Origin: Octopus bimaculoides
Taxonomy: Eukaryota
Reading direction: 5' to 3'
Length of the DNA stretch: 64,000 bases
Assembly (NCBI RefSeq): GCF_001194135.2
Contig: NC_068983.1
Coordinates: 93,940,951 to 94,004,950 of the forward strand
Made by a program: the position numbers and the translations under genes. Every line of letters begins with the position of its first letter. Position 1 is the stretch's first letter. This document shows, in pieces, positions 13,107 through 26,146 of this stretch. The notes beneath the pieces are model-generated. The model ran no database searches and was not told where the DNA came from. It was given only the letters and a program-made list of their open reading frames with translations.

Positions 13107-13344
13107 ACACACACACATGCAACACACATAGACAAAGATAACTTTTGCCCACATACTTACACTATACACATGCACACTATTTAGTCACATGGACACACAC
13201 ATACACATGTGCACACATCATGTGAAAAAGCATCCATCAACTGCTGCACACACAAACATGTGCGCATTACACATGCACACAAATATACACATCAAACTCA
13301 CTCACTCCTATTCACACATACACACTTACACACATCATTCTCAC

Positions 13345-13612
13345 ATACACCATTTGCACACCTTAGCTTGTTGGGATCAACATTATTATCTCCCTTTCAT
13401 TCAACCTCTTTTTTTCCAATCATTCACCTTACTGGACTGCTGAACTCTACACATTTTCTTTTATTCTCTCTCTATATATTTGCTCTTATTCCTTTCAGCC
13501 GAAGTGCATAGGCTTGAAACGTAAAAGACTTTTTCATTTTTACTGAGCATCAAACTAAAACACTTGCTTGTTGTTCCTACACCTGTCGTCTTTTATTTTT
13601 CTATAAATTTGG
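13345..13612 (+). mobile_element. Penelope-like 3' end / pseudo-LTR remnant
   Basis: Translation IHHLHTLA-(frameshift)-GIN matches the PLE C-terminal 'I..L.TL.P.G(L/I)N' motif; it is followed ~110 bp later by a hammerhead-like core. Confidence 0.6.
13492..13527 (+). ncRNA. Degenerate minimal type-I hammerhead ribozyme
   Basis: CTTT-CAGCCGA-A-GTGC-ATAG-GCTT-GAAA-CG-TA-AAAG. Stem I is CTTT/AAAG, the GAAACGTA cleavage context is intact with a palindromic ACGT stem III, and the CUGANGA box and stem II are mutated. Confidence 0.55.
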
Positions 13613-14489
13613 GCTATATATATATATATATATAAATTCATATACATACATGCACACATACCTTTTTCTACACAAATATATATGTGTTAATAATGACATA
13701 TTCACAAACACAAACACACACACACACACGCACAAACAGTTTATAAGCTGACTTGGATAAACAATGATAAATAGGAGCAAGTCACTTCCATTTTTATCAA
13801 TCTCACGAAACAGAATCTCATATAAACAGCCATTTTCAAATTTTCATATCAATTCAATTCATGATACATTAGCACGGTAAAATCCAACATATAAAAAGAC
13901 ATCAGTCTCTAATAAATTTAGCACCAGGAAATATGAGAAGCACAAGCTTGTTTAGTGTGTGTAACTCGATTGAAATAAACTGTAGGATCTGATGTATTCA
14001 GTGTTATCAAAATAGTGGAGGTCATCAGCTTTCTCATTTACTATTGCCAATATATTCATTCTAATTCAAGTACGTATTGAGTTGAGAGAAACGTCTGGGG
14101 TTTTTGCTTTTGTAATGTTATAGGCTCCTTAAGTGGTCCCTCAGAGAAATTATCTTGAACTTCTCAATCAGTTAAAGCTTTAGAATTACTGGCCTTGTTT
14201 TTCTTTCTCTTTTGTGAATGCAGAATATTCTAATCATTCTAACCTATTTGCTGACCCCTTTCCACCATCAGTGCCACCACCACCACCACTACTATATTTT
14301 CTTTTCAGCATCACTCAAAACTAGAGCTGTTAATTATGCATCAGGTGCTGCTGTTGTTGTTGTTGTTATTGTTGTTCACTTCCTCCTCATCCCAACTATC
14401 ACTACTACTACCATCCTTCTTCTTTTTCTCTTCCTCTTCCTCCTCCCCCTACTATCACTACAATTATTATCATTATTATTCTTATTATT

Positions 14490-15062
14490 AAGGTGGTGAG
14501 CTGGCAGAATTGTTAACATAGGCGCAGGAGGGGCTGTGTGGTAAGTAGCTTGCTAACCAACCACATGGTTCCAGATTCAGTCCCACTGCGTGGCACCTTG
14601 GGCAAGTGTCTTCTACTATAGCCTCAGGCCGACCAAAGCCTTGTGAGTGGATTTGGTAGACAGAAACTGAAAGAAGCCCTTTGTNNNNNNNNNNATGTGT
14701 CCCAATATCGCTTGACATTGATGCTAGTGTGTTTACATCTCCATAACTTAGCAGTTCGGCATAAGAGACTGATAGAATAAGTACTAGGCTTACAAAGAAT
14801 AAGTCCTGGGGTCGATTTTCTCGACTAAAGGCGGTGCTCCAGCATGGCCCCAGACAAAATGACTGAAACGAATAAAAGAATACTGGATGAAATGCTTAGT
14901 GGTATTTCACCTGTTGCTACATTCTGAGTTCGAATTCAGTCAAGGTCAACTTTGCCTTTCATCCTGTCAGGGTCAATTAAATAAGTACCAGTTGAACACC
15001 AAGATCGATGTAATCAACTCATCCCCACCTCCCTCAAGCTGCCCTTGTGGCAAAAAATTGAA

Positions 15063-15065
<3 letters not shown>
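14490..15065 (+). mobile_element. SINE family B interrupted by a nested SINE family A
   Basis: Head AAGGTGGTGAGCTGGCAGAATTGTTAACATA (14490-14520) resumes as CTGGATGAAATGCTTAGTGG at ~14883 and ends in (ATT)n. Confidence 0.8.
14521..14882 (+). mobile_element. SINE family A, near full length
   Basis: GGCGCAGGAGGGGCTGTGTGGTAAG...TTCAGTCCCACTGCGTGGCACCTTGGGCAAGTG...GAAACTGAAAGAAG, then a central gap/microsatellite and a body ending GACTGAAACGAATAAAAG. Confidence 0.9.
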
Positions 15066-15110
<45 letters not shown>

Positions 15111-15112
<2 letters not shown>

Positions 15113-15215
15113 GAATGTGGTGACCTGGCAGAATTGTTAGCATCCTGGGGTCGCTGTAATCGACTAGTCCCCTCCCCCAAATTTCAGGCCATGTGCCTGT
15201 ATAGAAAGGATTATT
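15111..15215 (+). mobile_element. Internally deleted SINE family B
   Basis: The family B head (GTGGTGACCTGGCAGAATTGTTAGCA) is joined directly to the tail (CTGGGGTCGCTGTAATCGACT...TTTCAGGCCATGTGCC...TAGAAAGG). Confidence 0.7.
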
Positions 15216-17054
15216 ATTAGTAGTAGTAATAGTATAAGTATTATCATCTTCAGCATTGTTGTCATTATCAGCATCATTATCATCACCACTATCACAATCA
15301 TCATTATCATCATCATCATTATTATTATTATTAATCATATTGGCCATTTATTTTTTTAGTACTTATTTATTGTAGGGACAGTAATAGAGTTGAGTACACC
15401 TATTGGCCTCTGAAGAATAAAAACAAAATAAAATGGCTTCATAAAGATGTCACCTTTTAACCATTACTTTAAATTTATACACATTCACAATTTTAATTGT
15501 TTCAGATAATTAGATAACTCTGCAACCAGTTTTTGTTATGGTTCTTCATTGAAATTATTGAATCTTGTTTGTTTACTGTTTGTTTGCTTTTGTTTTTGCT
15601 TCTGTTTTTGTTTTTTATTATATCTGTAATGTCCCATTTTCTTTTATTGAATTCGACATTTGTTGAATCAAACTGGCATGCTGGCATTTTGACCAAGACT
15701 TAGAAACAAATCCTTTTCTAATACAAATACATAAAGTTGAATTATATAAATAAGAAATGAACTCCAAAACAGTTATTTTTATGTTAATTCTCTGTCCTAA
15801 CTGTTGAATTATGTATGGTAATTCCTCAGACTACTTGCTTATCGTGATAATATATAAAAGATAGATAATTCTCTCTAAAACATTGCTGACATGAAGCAAC
15901 AAAAATGCTTTTAAAATTTTCTTTTGCTATTGATTTATGGTTTAGAGTAATCTTTTCTTGTTGGTTTTTAAGAACAGATTAACTTTGATATCAAAATATA
16001 TAAAGATATTCTATGCATTGAATCATCTTCATGTACAGAATTGATTGATTCTCTTATAGGTATTGGTGAATACTAAAAGAGAGGTAGAAATTGTCCATTA
16101 GAAAAATATTACAATCAGTATAAAGATAACTTGAGTCATGACTAAATAATTTCCTCTGATAATCAATAGAAAGAGAAAAACTAAGAAATGAAAGAGAATG
16201 AAACTAGTTTTTCCATAAGAAACTGCATAGTTAGAGCTTTAATAGTATCCTATTGTGCAATAATGGTCAAATACTTCTTACTATTATACATTAAAAACAA
16301 AAAAATAACTGTATATGTAGCAACAGTGCGTTTGATAATCATCAGTAGTACTATATATAATAACTATTATCATCATATTAGTTGTATAGCTAATGGTTTC
16401 ATCTTGGTCTGTTTGTCTATCTGTATGTCTGCATCTCTCTCTCTCTCTCTCCCTCGCTCTCCCCCCCCCTCTCTCTCTCTCTCTCTCTGTTTACACACAC
16501 ACACACATTTGATTTTCATCTGGAATCACTGTTTATGATCTTATAATATTATATGAGTGTGGACATTTATGTGTACAAATGGTGACTCATCAACTCCAAA
16601 TAAGCATATATCATTATCATTATCATTTGACAACAACAACAACAACATCATCATCATTATTTTATGTCTATTTTTCCATGCTGGCATGGTCTGGACAGGT
16701 CACATCAGTTGTTACAGTCCATAAGATCTTGTATACACTCAGCAGCAGTGAAAACTAACCGACCATGTTCTTGTGTGTATTTCATATTGTGGACAAGGCA
16801 CTTTTTTACATACCATTAACACTAGAAAGATTGTTCTATTTAGAAACAGTAAAGATACAAAGAAAAGGGTAGTAAAGAATCCCCTCTGCACTATATCAGT
16901 TCTTATTCACTGCCACTAACGTCCTAGGCAGGCAGTTTGCAATGTGGTTTGCAGAGTCTACCTCTCTTATGTATTTCCAATATTTTAGCTTAGTTTTTAT
17001 GGCTAGATGCCTTTCATGTCACCAACCACTTTATAGATTATACTAAATGCACCA

Positions 17055-17310
17055 TGAAGGCGCACAGCTAAGTGGTTAGGCTGTTACACTCACAATCACT
17101 AGATCATGGGCTCAGTTCCCAGAGTGGGCAGCACGTTGTGTTCTTGAGCAAACCACTTCAATTCATGTTGCTCTAGTCCTCATATCAGTCAGTGAGGAAT
17201 GTTAGCCTGCTCGCCTAGCCAGTGGAATGGTGTCATTTGAAACAATGCAAATGTGCATTGTGACCAGTGATGTGTAACGGCATCTGATAGCCTGGGCAGT
17301 CACGTATCAC
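17055..17310 (+). mobile_element. tRNA-derived SINE family F
   Basis: CAGCTAAGTGGTTAGG...GGGCTCAGTTCCC...TTGTGTTCTTGAGCAAACCACTT; head shared with 44496 and 62013. Confidence 0.75.
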
Positions 17311-17974
17311 TAGGTGCACCATGCCACTGACACTAGAGAGGCTACCCCATGCATGGAGGCTTAATAAATCCTCTGTACTTTCTGTCAGTTCTTACACAGA
17401 TTTGCTGCCCTCTGAGGTTAGTAACCTGTGATTTGGCTTGCAGAGTTCATGTCTTACTCGTAAATTTCTTCAACATAAGGATGCAGGCAAGCTTTAGTTA
17501 CTAAATGATTTGAAGACAAGGTGATATGATGTGACTTGGAAAAATGTTTGTTTTTGTTATGTAGAGATATCATAGCTGACTTAGCATTAGACTGTCTCCA
17601 CAGTGCTAAATAGTATATTGAGAAGTTCTCTCAGGAATTTTAGTAAGTAGTCACATTCAAATTGGTAGGGGTAGCTGATTTGTTATATCAACACATAGAA
17701 ACTACAATATTTTATGTAAATCTATGTCTGAGTTTTGTGTTTCAGTAGTTTATTCTCTTAGATGTGTTAACTTTACTGAAGATTAAATATGAGCAGACAT
17801 TTCTTAAAGAAGAGAGATATAGAATAGACAACTATTTAATTTAAGTTGATGATAAATGAGATGACAGAGGACCAAGAGAGATAACAGAGGACTGAGATAT
17901 GTGGTGCATTGCTCTACTCAAGAAAACACTCACCATAACAAAATTGAGATCCTAAAATCAAGGTGCCACATAAA

Positions 17975-18150
17975 AAAGCATTGATGTGGTTTCCGGTGCC
18001 ACATAAAAAGCACTGGTGATGGTATCATATAAAAAGCACTGTGATGGTGCCATGTTAAAGCACCCAGTATGCTCTGTAAAGTGGTTGGCATTAGGAAGGG
18101 CATCCAGCTGTAGAAACCATGCCAAAATAGGCTATGGAATTTGATGTGGC
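17975..18150 (+). mobile_element. RTE-type 3' tail repeat with internal GGTGCCACATAAAAAGCAC tandem units
   Basis: Three to four GGTGCCACATAAAAAGCA-like units, then GGTTGGCATTAGGAAGGGCATCCAGCTGTAGAAAC. Confidence 0.75.
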
Positions 18151-19072
18151 CCCTGAGAGGCTAAGTTTATGCATTGTTGAGTAGGCTCAAGGGAGATAGA
18201 GAATAATATAGTGAAAGATTGGAAGAAGAGAAATAAAAGAACAATATATTAAGGAGTATAGGAAAAAAACAAACTATAGTATTTGATTCAATAGAGGTTG
18301 GAGTTTACCCTCCATCCATGGCAAACTGGTTGAGACAGCTTAAAGAAATAATGTATTACTCATAGAACATATGAGCTCCCTTTCCTTGTACTTGTCTTAC
18401 AAGACTTTGCCGTCCATGTATGGGCTTAGTTCCATTGCAAGCTTTGAGTTTCAGCATTGTCTATTAACAAAACACTTACTGATTATACAGTGACTCGCCA
18501 ATTATACATTACCTCCCCATTTATACTGTCTCATTAATTATGCAGTGCATACAGTCATGATGTAACCTGACAAAAAGTTTGTCTCCATTATGTAGAGATA
18601 TCCTTGCTGGCTTGGTGTCAGGCTGTCTCACACACCAAGGCTTTGTAATGCTTAAATTTATTTCCTTTCCTGTGATATACACTGCTGTGTATGAAAAAAC
18701 ATTGTTTTTAATTCATAAAGAAACATCAAAAGCACAAATATGCAAATTAAGCTATCCACCAAGGTGCTAGTCTAATTTTTGACTGCATTATATTGCAGCT
18801 AATGTGTTACGCTATTGATTGGGGATGGAAGCCAAGTATGTCTTTTCTGAAGAGTGGCTAACAATTCATAAGGAAACTCCTTCCATCTTTTTCCTTTATA
18901 TCAATAGCATAGAACCTGTTTACATTCTTATTTAACCTACAGTGAGGTGGTTTATGTTGTGTTGTGCATAATATATGTATGCATATATCATTATTATCAT
19001 CTTTTAACATCCATTTTCCATGATAGATATATATAAATATATATCTGTGTGTGTGTGTGCGTGCGCATGCAT

Positions 19073-19104
<32 letters not shown>

Positions 19105-19421
19105 TGCTGGGTAACAGTCCAGATATGCACACACAGGTATATTATAATGTATTTCTATGCATTAATTTAGTTTTCAGTATCTGTTTTATTTCTGGTTGTT
19201 TTGTCTTATATAAGTGAGGTTTATTTATATTAGCTTATATACAATAGCTGTCAGTTGTTGTCCTGTTATGTAAACCTCAGTCCATTCACATCATTACAAG
19301 TGAACCTCAAAGAAAAGACTCCAATAACAAACGAAATTTTATCTCAATATTATTATGATTTGCTTTGCAGCAAATCATTTGGATCGCTAATGCCTTTCTT
19401 TTACTGACATCTTTATTGCAG

Positions 19422-19488
19422 ATAAATTTTGATGGATCAATTTGACTATTCTGAATATCATAGCATCTTGGCAAGAAGGCGCTATGAC
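19422..19488 (+). CDS. Putative start-codon exon of an unidentified host gene (CDS from ATG 19432: MDQFDYSEYHSILARRRYD)
   Basis: Branch-like TACTGAC plus CTTTATTGCAG acceptor, and a perfect GTGAGT donor at 19489; in-frame TAA just before the ATG; non-repetitive, CpG-containing sequence. Confidence 0.55.
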
Positions 19489-19759
19489 GTGAGTGTGTTA
19501 GACCAGCTACCATTGTCTATCATATTGATAATGATTTTGTTGTTTAGGGAAAGCAGGTGAAAAATGGGATTTTCATAAAAATATTTGGCATTTAAAGGAT
19601 AATGTGAAACATAGGGTCAAGTTGTTGGGAAACGGTTGTACTGGAACTGGTTGTTTCTATGCTATTTTAATGAAGACAAGAAAATTGAGCCGTAAAGTCT
19701 ACTTGCTACAATACAGCTATGGACATAATTGTAAATATATACACATACATTCACACACC

Positions 19760-19796
<37 letters not shown>

Positions 19797-19845
19797 CGTA
19801 TGTGTATTTCGTGTGCAAGATTCTTGATGTGGATACGTGTGTTTA

Positions 19846-19885
<40 letters not shown>

Positions 19886-20174
19886 TACACATACACATTC
19901 AAACACATAATACATACGCATACATATGCATGCATAGGCACACACACACATACATACACACACACACACACACATCTACTATAGTCATCTACAGTATTCC
20001 TTTAGTTTAGTTGTATGCAGACTTTTTTAATATTAGTAGTTTTGCTTTATTCTAGTACTTACTATTGTCTAGTGATCTAAATTATTAAAAAGAAAGCTCT
20101 ACGATGCAAAAGAACCTTCTAGTTCAGATATTCATAAAAAATTCATTCCTGCCTTTGAGCTCTCAGCCCTGGTC

Positions 20175-20532
20175 TCTGTAGTTCCAAGTTCAGTCCCACT
20201 GCACAGCACCTTGGACAAGTGTCTTCTACTATAACCTCAGTCTAAGGAATATCTTATAAGTGAATTTAGTAGATGGAAGCTGTGTGAAACCCCATCATGT
20301 GTGTGTGTGTGTGTGTGTGTCTTAGTGTCTGTGTTTGTCTCTCCATCACTGCCTGGCAATCAGTGTTGGTGTGTTTATGTCCTCGTAACTTAGCAGTTTG
20401 GCAAAAGAAACCAATAAAATAAGTACTAAGCTTAAAAAATAAGTGTTGGGGTCAATTCATTCGACTAAAACCCTTGAGGTGGTGCTTCAGTATAGCCACA
20501 GTTAAATGACTGAAACAAATAAAAGATAAAAG
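20175..20532 (+). mobile_element. SINE family A
   Basis: TTCAGTCCCACTGCACAGCACCTTGGACAAGTG, central (TG)n, body ending GACTGAAACAAATAAAAG. Confidence 0.8.
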
Positions 20533-22019
20533 AATCACATACATACCAAACCTGTTGTATTACTGCTGCTAATTTGATATCTCATTTTTCTCATTTCAAA
20601 TCCCACTGTCACTTACTCCCTTTATTGTTCTGGAATTGATAATCCAAGAACCAGAAATAAATGAAGGTCAACTCAACCATTTATCATTATCCTCACAAGC
20701 ATGGACCTTTTTTCTCTATTTTTAGAAGCAATCTATATTATTTACTTATTTGTTTATCCATTTGGTTTAGAAATATGTTCCTATCATGAATGGAGATGTA
20801 ATCATCTACCTGCTTCATTTCAATACTTGCTTTATCTCATTTTCCTCATTTTAAGCCTATCAGCCCTTCAAACTTCCCTTCTTTTCTCATTTCCTCCAAA
20901 ATATCCTTTTATCATGTCTAAAGTGATGACTGTCTCCATTTCTCTTAAATTTGTGTTGAAATAGCCATATCTAAATTTCATTATTTAACATTTCAAAAGT
21001 TAATTAAACAATCCTTAGCGATAAAGCAAAAGATATTAGTGAAATATGAGGCTTAAATTATTTTGGATTTGCCATAAAATATGAAAATATTGATTTGCCT
21101 ATTTAATAATAATCTTCAGTGTACTTTATGCATATGTACATACATACAAGAAAAGTTGCATAACAGAGAGTGCAGGGTAGAAATAATTATATAATGAGAA
21201 TGTTTGTAGGGTTAAGAAGATTACTTTCTAACTACATAGTTTCACAATTGATCCCATTGCACAAAATCTTGGATAAATATTTTCCACCATCACATTGGGT
21301 TGACCAATAGCTTGTGATAGACAGAAACTATGCAGAAGATTATCTCATACATGAGATGAGTTTCAGCCACACATGAGCCTATACATAACATATATCCGGG
21401 TTGGCAATATAATCTCTACTAGTGGGACCCATGGATATTCCACAAAATGAAAACGATTAAGAGAAGCTATTTAAGAAGGAAAGGATGATCTGCATTTTAA
21501 TTTTGCTAAGTTATTTCACTTCCAGTCACAATAATATATTATATAACTTTAAATTTCCCTCTACTAAGCATTTTTTATTTCTCTATTTCTCTCCACTGCT
21601 TCAACAAACTTTTTAACCATGTAATTCCCTTCTTCATATCTTTAACATTTCTCTCTTTCTCTTCACTTCTCACTAAATTTCTCTAACCACATGAGTGACA
21701 GCATAATGCATCAGCTGGCTATCTCACATTCTCTCTTCCTCTCACTCACTCTCACATTCCCTCTTCCTCTCTTTCACTACACCTCTTCCACCTCTCTAAC
21801 AAACTAAAACATAAAATGTGAATAAACAGGTAGAAGAGAAATATAGATTTAGTTCAATAAAAAAATTCATTTCACTATCAACACACCACCAGCATCGTCA
21901 CTAGAGTTTACAGTAACAAAGCTCATTTCATTTCAGTTCAGTTCAAATGTTTGTTTATATCAACTTTTTATTGCTGTCAATGTATCTCTACTATGACAAT
22001 ACAAATGCTCTCTGCCTGC

Positions 22020-22053
<34 letters not shown>

Positions 22054-22155
22054 CTATAACTACCTACCCTGTCCACCTCTCTCTATCTGCCTTTCTTTAA
22101 CCTCACCACTAGAACATCACCCTCTGCTTAATATTGTATCTTAAACATATTTCTT

Positions 22156-22246
22156 TCTCTTTACCTTTCCTTCCCCACCTTATAGCTCGTTATTAACACT
22201 TCTCTTTACCTTTCCCTCCCCACCTTATAACTTATCGTTAACACTT
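22156..22246. repeat. 45-bp tandem duplication in a CT-rich tract
   Basis: TCTCTTTACCTTTCC(T/C)TCCCCACCTTATA...TTAACACTT at 22156 and 22201. Confidence 0.8.
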
Positions 22247-23088
22247 TTCTTTCCCTCTTTTCTCTCACCATCTTTTTCTCTCACCATCTTTTTCTCTCAC
22301 TCTCTGCCTCTCCCTTCGAATAACCACATGATGTACTTGACCTTACTGTATTATTATACTTCTCACTTCTTTCTTCTCTACTCCCATTCCTCCCTCTTTC
22401 TCCCATACTTTTACTCAACCTCTCATTCACTCCCCCTCTCTAACTACTAAAGTATAACGGATGAATGAACAAGCAGATTATTATACAGATATTATGACAC
22501 TGAAAGTAGGCACAATATTCTCTCCCTGAAAAATCCAAAGAAAATGCTGTAGATAATGTGCTTTTTTCTCCTACTGTTATTATAACGACATCTGCTTCTC
22601 TGAACTTTACATTGATCTTTGCATCTCTGGAGTTGCTGATGGCGTTCTTTCTCTACCTTAACCCAATAGATATCTTTTAACATGTTTGCGTGTGTGCACA
22701 CATATGCACATGTACATATGCATACATGTTTATGTATAATAAAGAACAACATACACAAAAACACAACAGTCAGCATGTGCATGTTGTGCTCCTTTATGTT
22801 CCATAACCTAGTAGTTTGACAGATTAATATCAATGAAAGAAGGATCAGGTTCAAATAGATATCAGAGTGTGTATAATCAGGTACAACTCTTAAATTTGAT
22901 TCCCCATCATTGCTGCATTCCAATGACTGAAACTAGTAAAAGAAGAAAAAAATAAAAGAACTGAAAGTTGTGTGTTTGATAAATGACTTCAAATTAATTG
23001 CATGTTAAAACTGAAACGTTATGTCATCAAAGCCACACAGTAACTGCTTGAAATACACAAATGCCATTATATTTAGTTTTTTTTTTTT

Positions 23089-23482
23089 TAGGTGTGGCTG
23101 TGTGGTAAGAAGTTTGCCTATCTTTTAGGTTCAGTCCCACTGCATGGCACCTTAGGCAATTATCTTCTACTATAGCCTCAGGCTGACCAAAACCTTGTGA
23201 GTGGATTTGGTAGACAGAAACCAAAAGAAGCCGATTGTATACATGTATATGCGTGTGTGTCTGTGTCTGTCTGTCTGTCTGTCTGTCTGACACATCCTCT
23301 TGACAATTGGTGTTGGTGTGTTTACATCCCCATAACCTAGTGATTTGGCAAAAGAGACTGACAGAATCGGTACCTGGCTTGAAAAAATATAAGTACTGGG
23401 ATCAATTTGTTTGACGAAAATTCTTTAACGTAGTGCCCCAGCATGGCCACAGACTAGTGATTGAAGCAAGTAAAAGATAAAG
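23089..23482 (+). mobile_element. SINE family A
   Basis: Head GTGGCTGTGTGGTAAGAAG...GTGAGTGGATTTGGTAGACAG, central (CTGT)n, tail GAAGCAAGTAAAAG. Confidence 0.85.
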
Positions 23483-24654
23483 AATATGTGAGGTTAGATG
23501 ACCTAATGGTTAAGATGTTACACTTCATTTCACATTGCTCTGCAATCCCTGCAACATCTGATGTTTGGTATACTATGTACCAGTAAAGGCAATGTCAGTT
23601 TGATGGAAGGAGTGAGTTCGTGTACAGCAAAAACATTTGACCACTATAAACAAATCATCAGTGTAGGTTGTATAGCAAGAAATTGTGAAATCATCTTTCT
23701 CAAACTTTGGAGATGACCAACATATACTATAAACTATAAGTACAATATAACCAAATGGCTAAGAAGTTTGATCCCACTGTGTGGCTGTGAAGTTTGAGCC
23801 TTTGGTCAATCTGCACCTTGTGTGTGAATTTAAGTAGATGGAAACTGTATAGGAATCTGTTGAATGAATTGCGCTTCTAATTTAAAAAGTGCAGACTGAC
23901 GTGCTGATTCTGCTTAAGAATTATTTTAAGGATTCACATACTCAGCCACTTGCATGTTGATTCAGTTGATTGAGCAATTGAATCCTTGTCGCTAAACAAT
24001 GGAGACCACCACAACTGTTATAGATTGTCAAAAAATATGCAATGAAATTTAGTCAGTATCTAGATCAGGGATCTGTAACAATATTTTTGAAGATTTTATA
24101 GCATTAAGGTAGTGCTCCAGCATGGTTGCAATCAAATGACTGAAACATGTGAAAGAATGAAATATAATATTTCACAAAATAAAAGAAAAATGAATATAAG
24201 AACTTACAGCTACAGGACTCTCTCAGTGTGTCTTTCTCTCTCTCTACCAGTCTTTCCCCCCCCCCTCTCTCTCTCTCTATCTATCTATCTATCTCTCTAC
24301 CGACCAATCTTTTCTTTCTCTCTTTCTCAGTCAAGACGAGATTGTATGTTCCATTATACATAGAGCAATACTGCACGGTAGTGAATCATAGGTATTGAAT
24401 GCAGAGGCAGGAGAGATGTGAAGCATGCATGCTTCACTGGATGTGTAATGTTAGTGTGCATGAATGCTGAAGCACAAATGAACTGAGAGAAAAACTGGGT
24501 ATAAAAGGAATCAAATGTGGTACACAAGAGAGAAGTCTGTGTTTGTGCATTCATGTGCAAAAGCAAGAAACTCAGAGTAGTGATGGAGTGAATCATCAGC
24601 TTCAGACAAATATATGCTTGTATGTATGAGTGTGAGTATGTGTGTGTGTATATC

Positions 24655-25058
24655 ATCATCATCATTTTAACGAAGCTTATTGAAGTAGATTTTCTATGAC
24701 CAGATGTTGGATGCTCTTCCTGTCACCAACCCCAACTCATTTCCAAGTAAGATAATGCTTCATGGCCAGACATGTTTTTTTCACAGAATATTAGAAATGA
24801 ATGACCCTTTTTGTATAACAATGACACTCGTATACAATTATCACGTGATGTCAAGACAAGGAAACACAAATATCACACATACATATCATCATCATCATTT
24901 AACGTCCTTTTTCCATGCTGGCATGGATTGGACGGCTGGACAGGAACTGGCAAGGCCAGGGGTTGCACCAGGTTCCATAGTCTGTTTTAACTTGTTTTTT
25001 ACAACTGGATGCCTTTCCTAATGCCAACTATTCCACAGAGTGTACTGTGTGCTCTCTT

Positions 25059-25120
<62 letters not shown>

Positions 25121-25285
25121 CATGCACACATACTGGGCTTCTTTCAATTTCCATCTACCAAATCCACTCACAAGGCTTTTGTTGGCCCAGGGTTATAGTA
25201 GGAGACACCCTCCTAAGGTTTCACACTGTGAGACTGAACCTAAAACCTCGTGGTTTGAAAACAAAGAAAACATAGCCATATTATG
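24655..25285 (-). mobile_element. Cluster: family C body (24655-24885), RTE-type tail (24890-25050), SINE family A head (25132-25285)
   Basis: Each segment matches other copies in the window (34310-34525, 9262-9430, 12815-12970). Confidence 0.7.
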
Positions 25286-25399
25286 TCATACGTGTTTGTG
25301 TGTGTAAAGACTAAAACTAAATATATTTAAAAACAACTCACAAAAAGCAAAGTACAATAAGTTATTAGCCTAAAACTGAAAACAAGACTAGAGTGTCTT

Positions 25400-25970
25400 A
25401 ATGTTTGACAGGATCCAATTAGCTGAATGACTGTGTTGAGCTCCAGTGTCTGCTTTGGCATGATTTCTACAGCTGGCATTTCCTAACACCAACCACTTTA
25501 CAGAGTGTACAGTGTGCATTTTTCAGGGTACCAACACTAGTAAGATTGCCAAATAACTTGTGAGACAAAGAAACAAAAAGCACCCTTAACTGTGTGAGGG
25601 TACTGTAGAGAAAGAGTTGACTTTATGCTAGAAGTTGAGAAGCTACCTCTTCTATATATTGAACAGAACCATTTCCCTGAAGGGATTAGTAATTTGTCTT
25701 CTTTCCTGCTCACTAGTACTTTGGTCTTTACTAAATTAACTCTAAGGACAGCCAGTCTTAAATTCTTCAGTTATGGCCTGCAGAACTATGATAAACAAGA
25801 GGGGGCTGAAAACCAATCCAAGATGTACTTCTACCTGCATACTAAATTCATCAGTGTATTCAATATCAATTTTTGCTTTACTGACAGCATCCCTAAACAT
25901 AACTTGGATGGCTCTCACCAATCACTCATCTTCTTCTAGCTTTCATATTGACCACCAGATGAGTGACCAG
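25400..25970 (-). mobile_element. RTE LINE fragment (partial RT plus 3' tail), internally deleted
   Basis: Minus translation WSLIWWSI*KL..DE*LVRAIQVMFRDAVSKAKIDIEYTDEFSMQVEVHLGLVFSPLLFIIVLQAITEEFKTG, then LRVNLVKTKVLVSRK; the YADD segment is missing. Confidence 0.85.
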
Positions 25971-26146
25971 TTATATGCCATAATCAGAAATATACTACAC
26001 AACAAGATATATATATATATATAAAGTCATAAATGACAGAGAAATAGTTTGATGAAATTTTATCTAACAATAAGAAACACTTAATATCACGAAAAATTGT
26101 CTCATAACTTAAAAACGTGTAAATAATTTATATTATTATATTTAAT

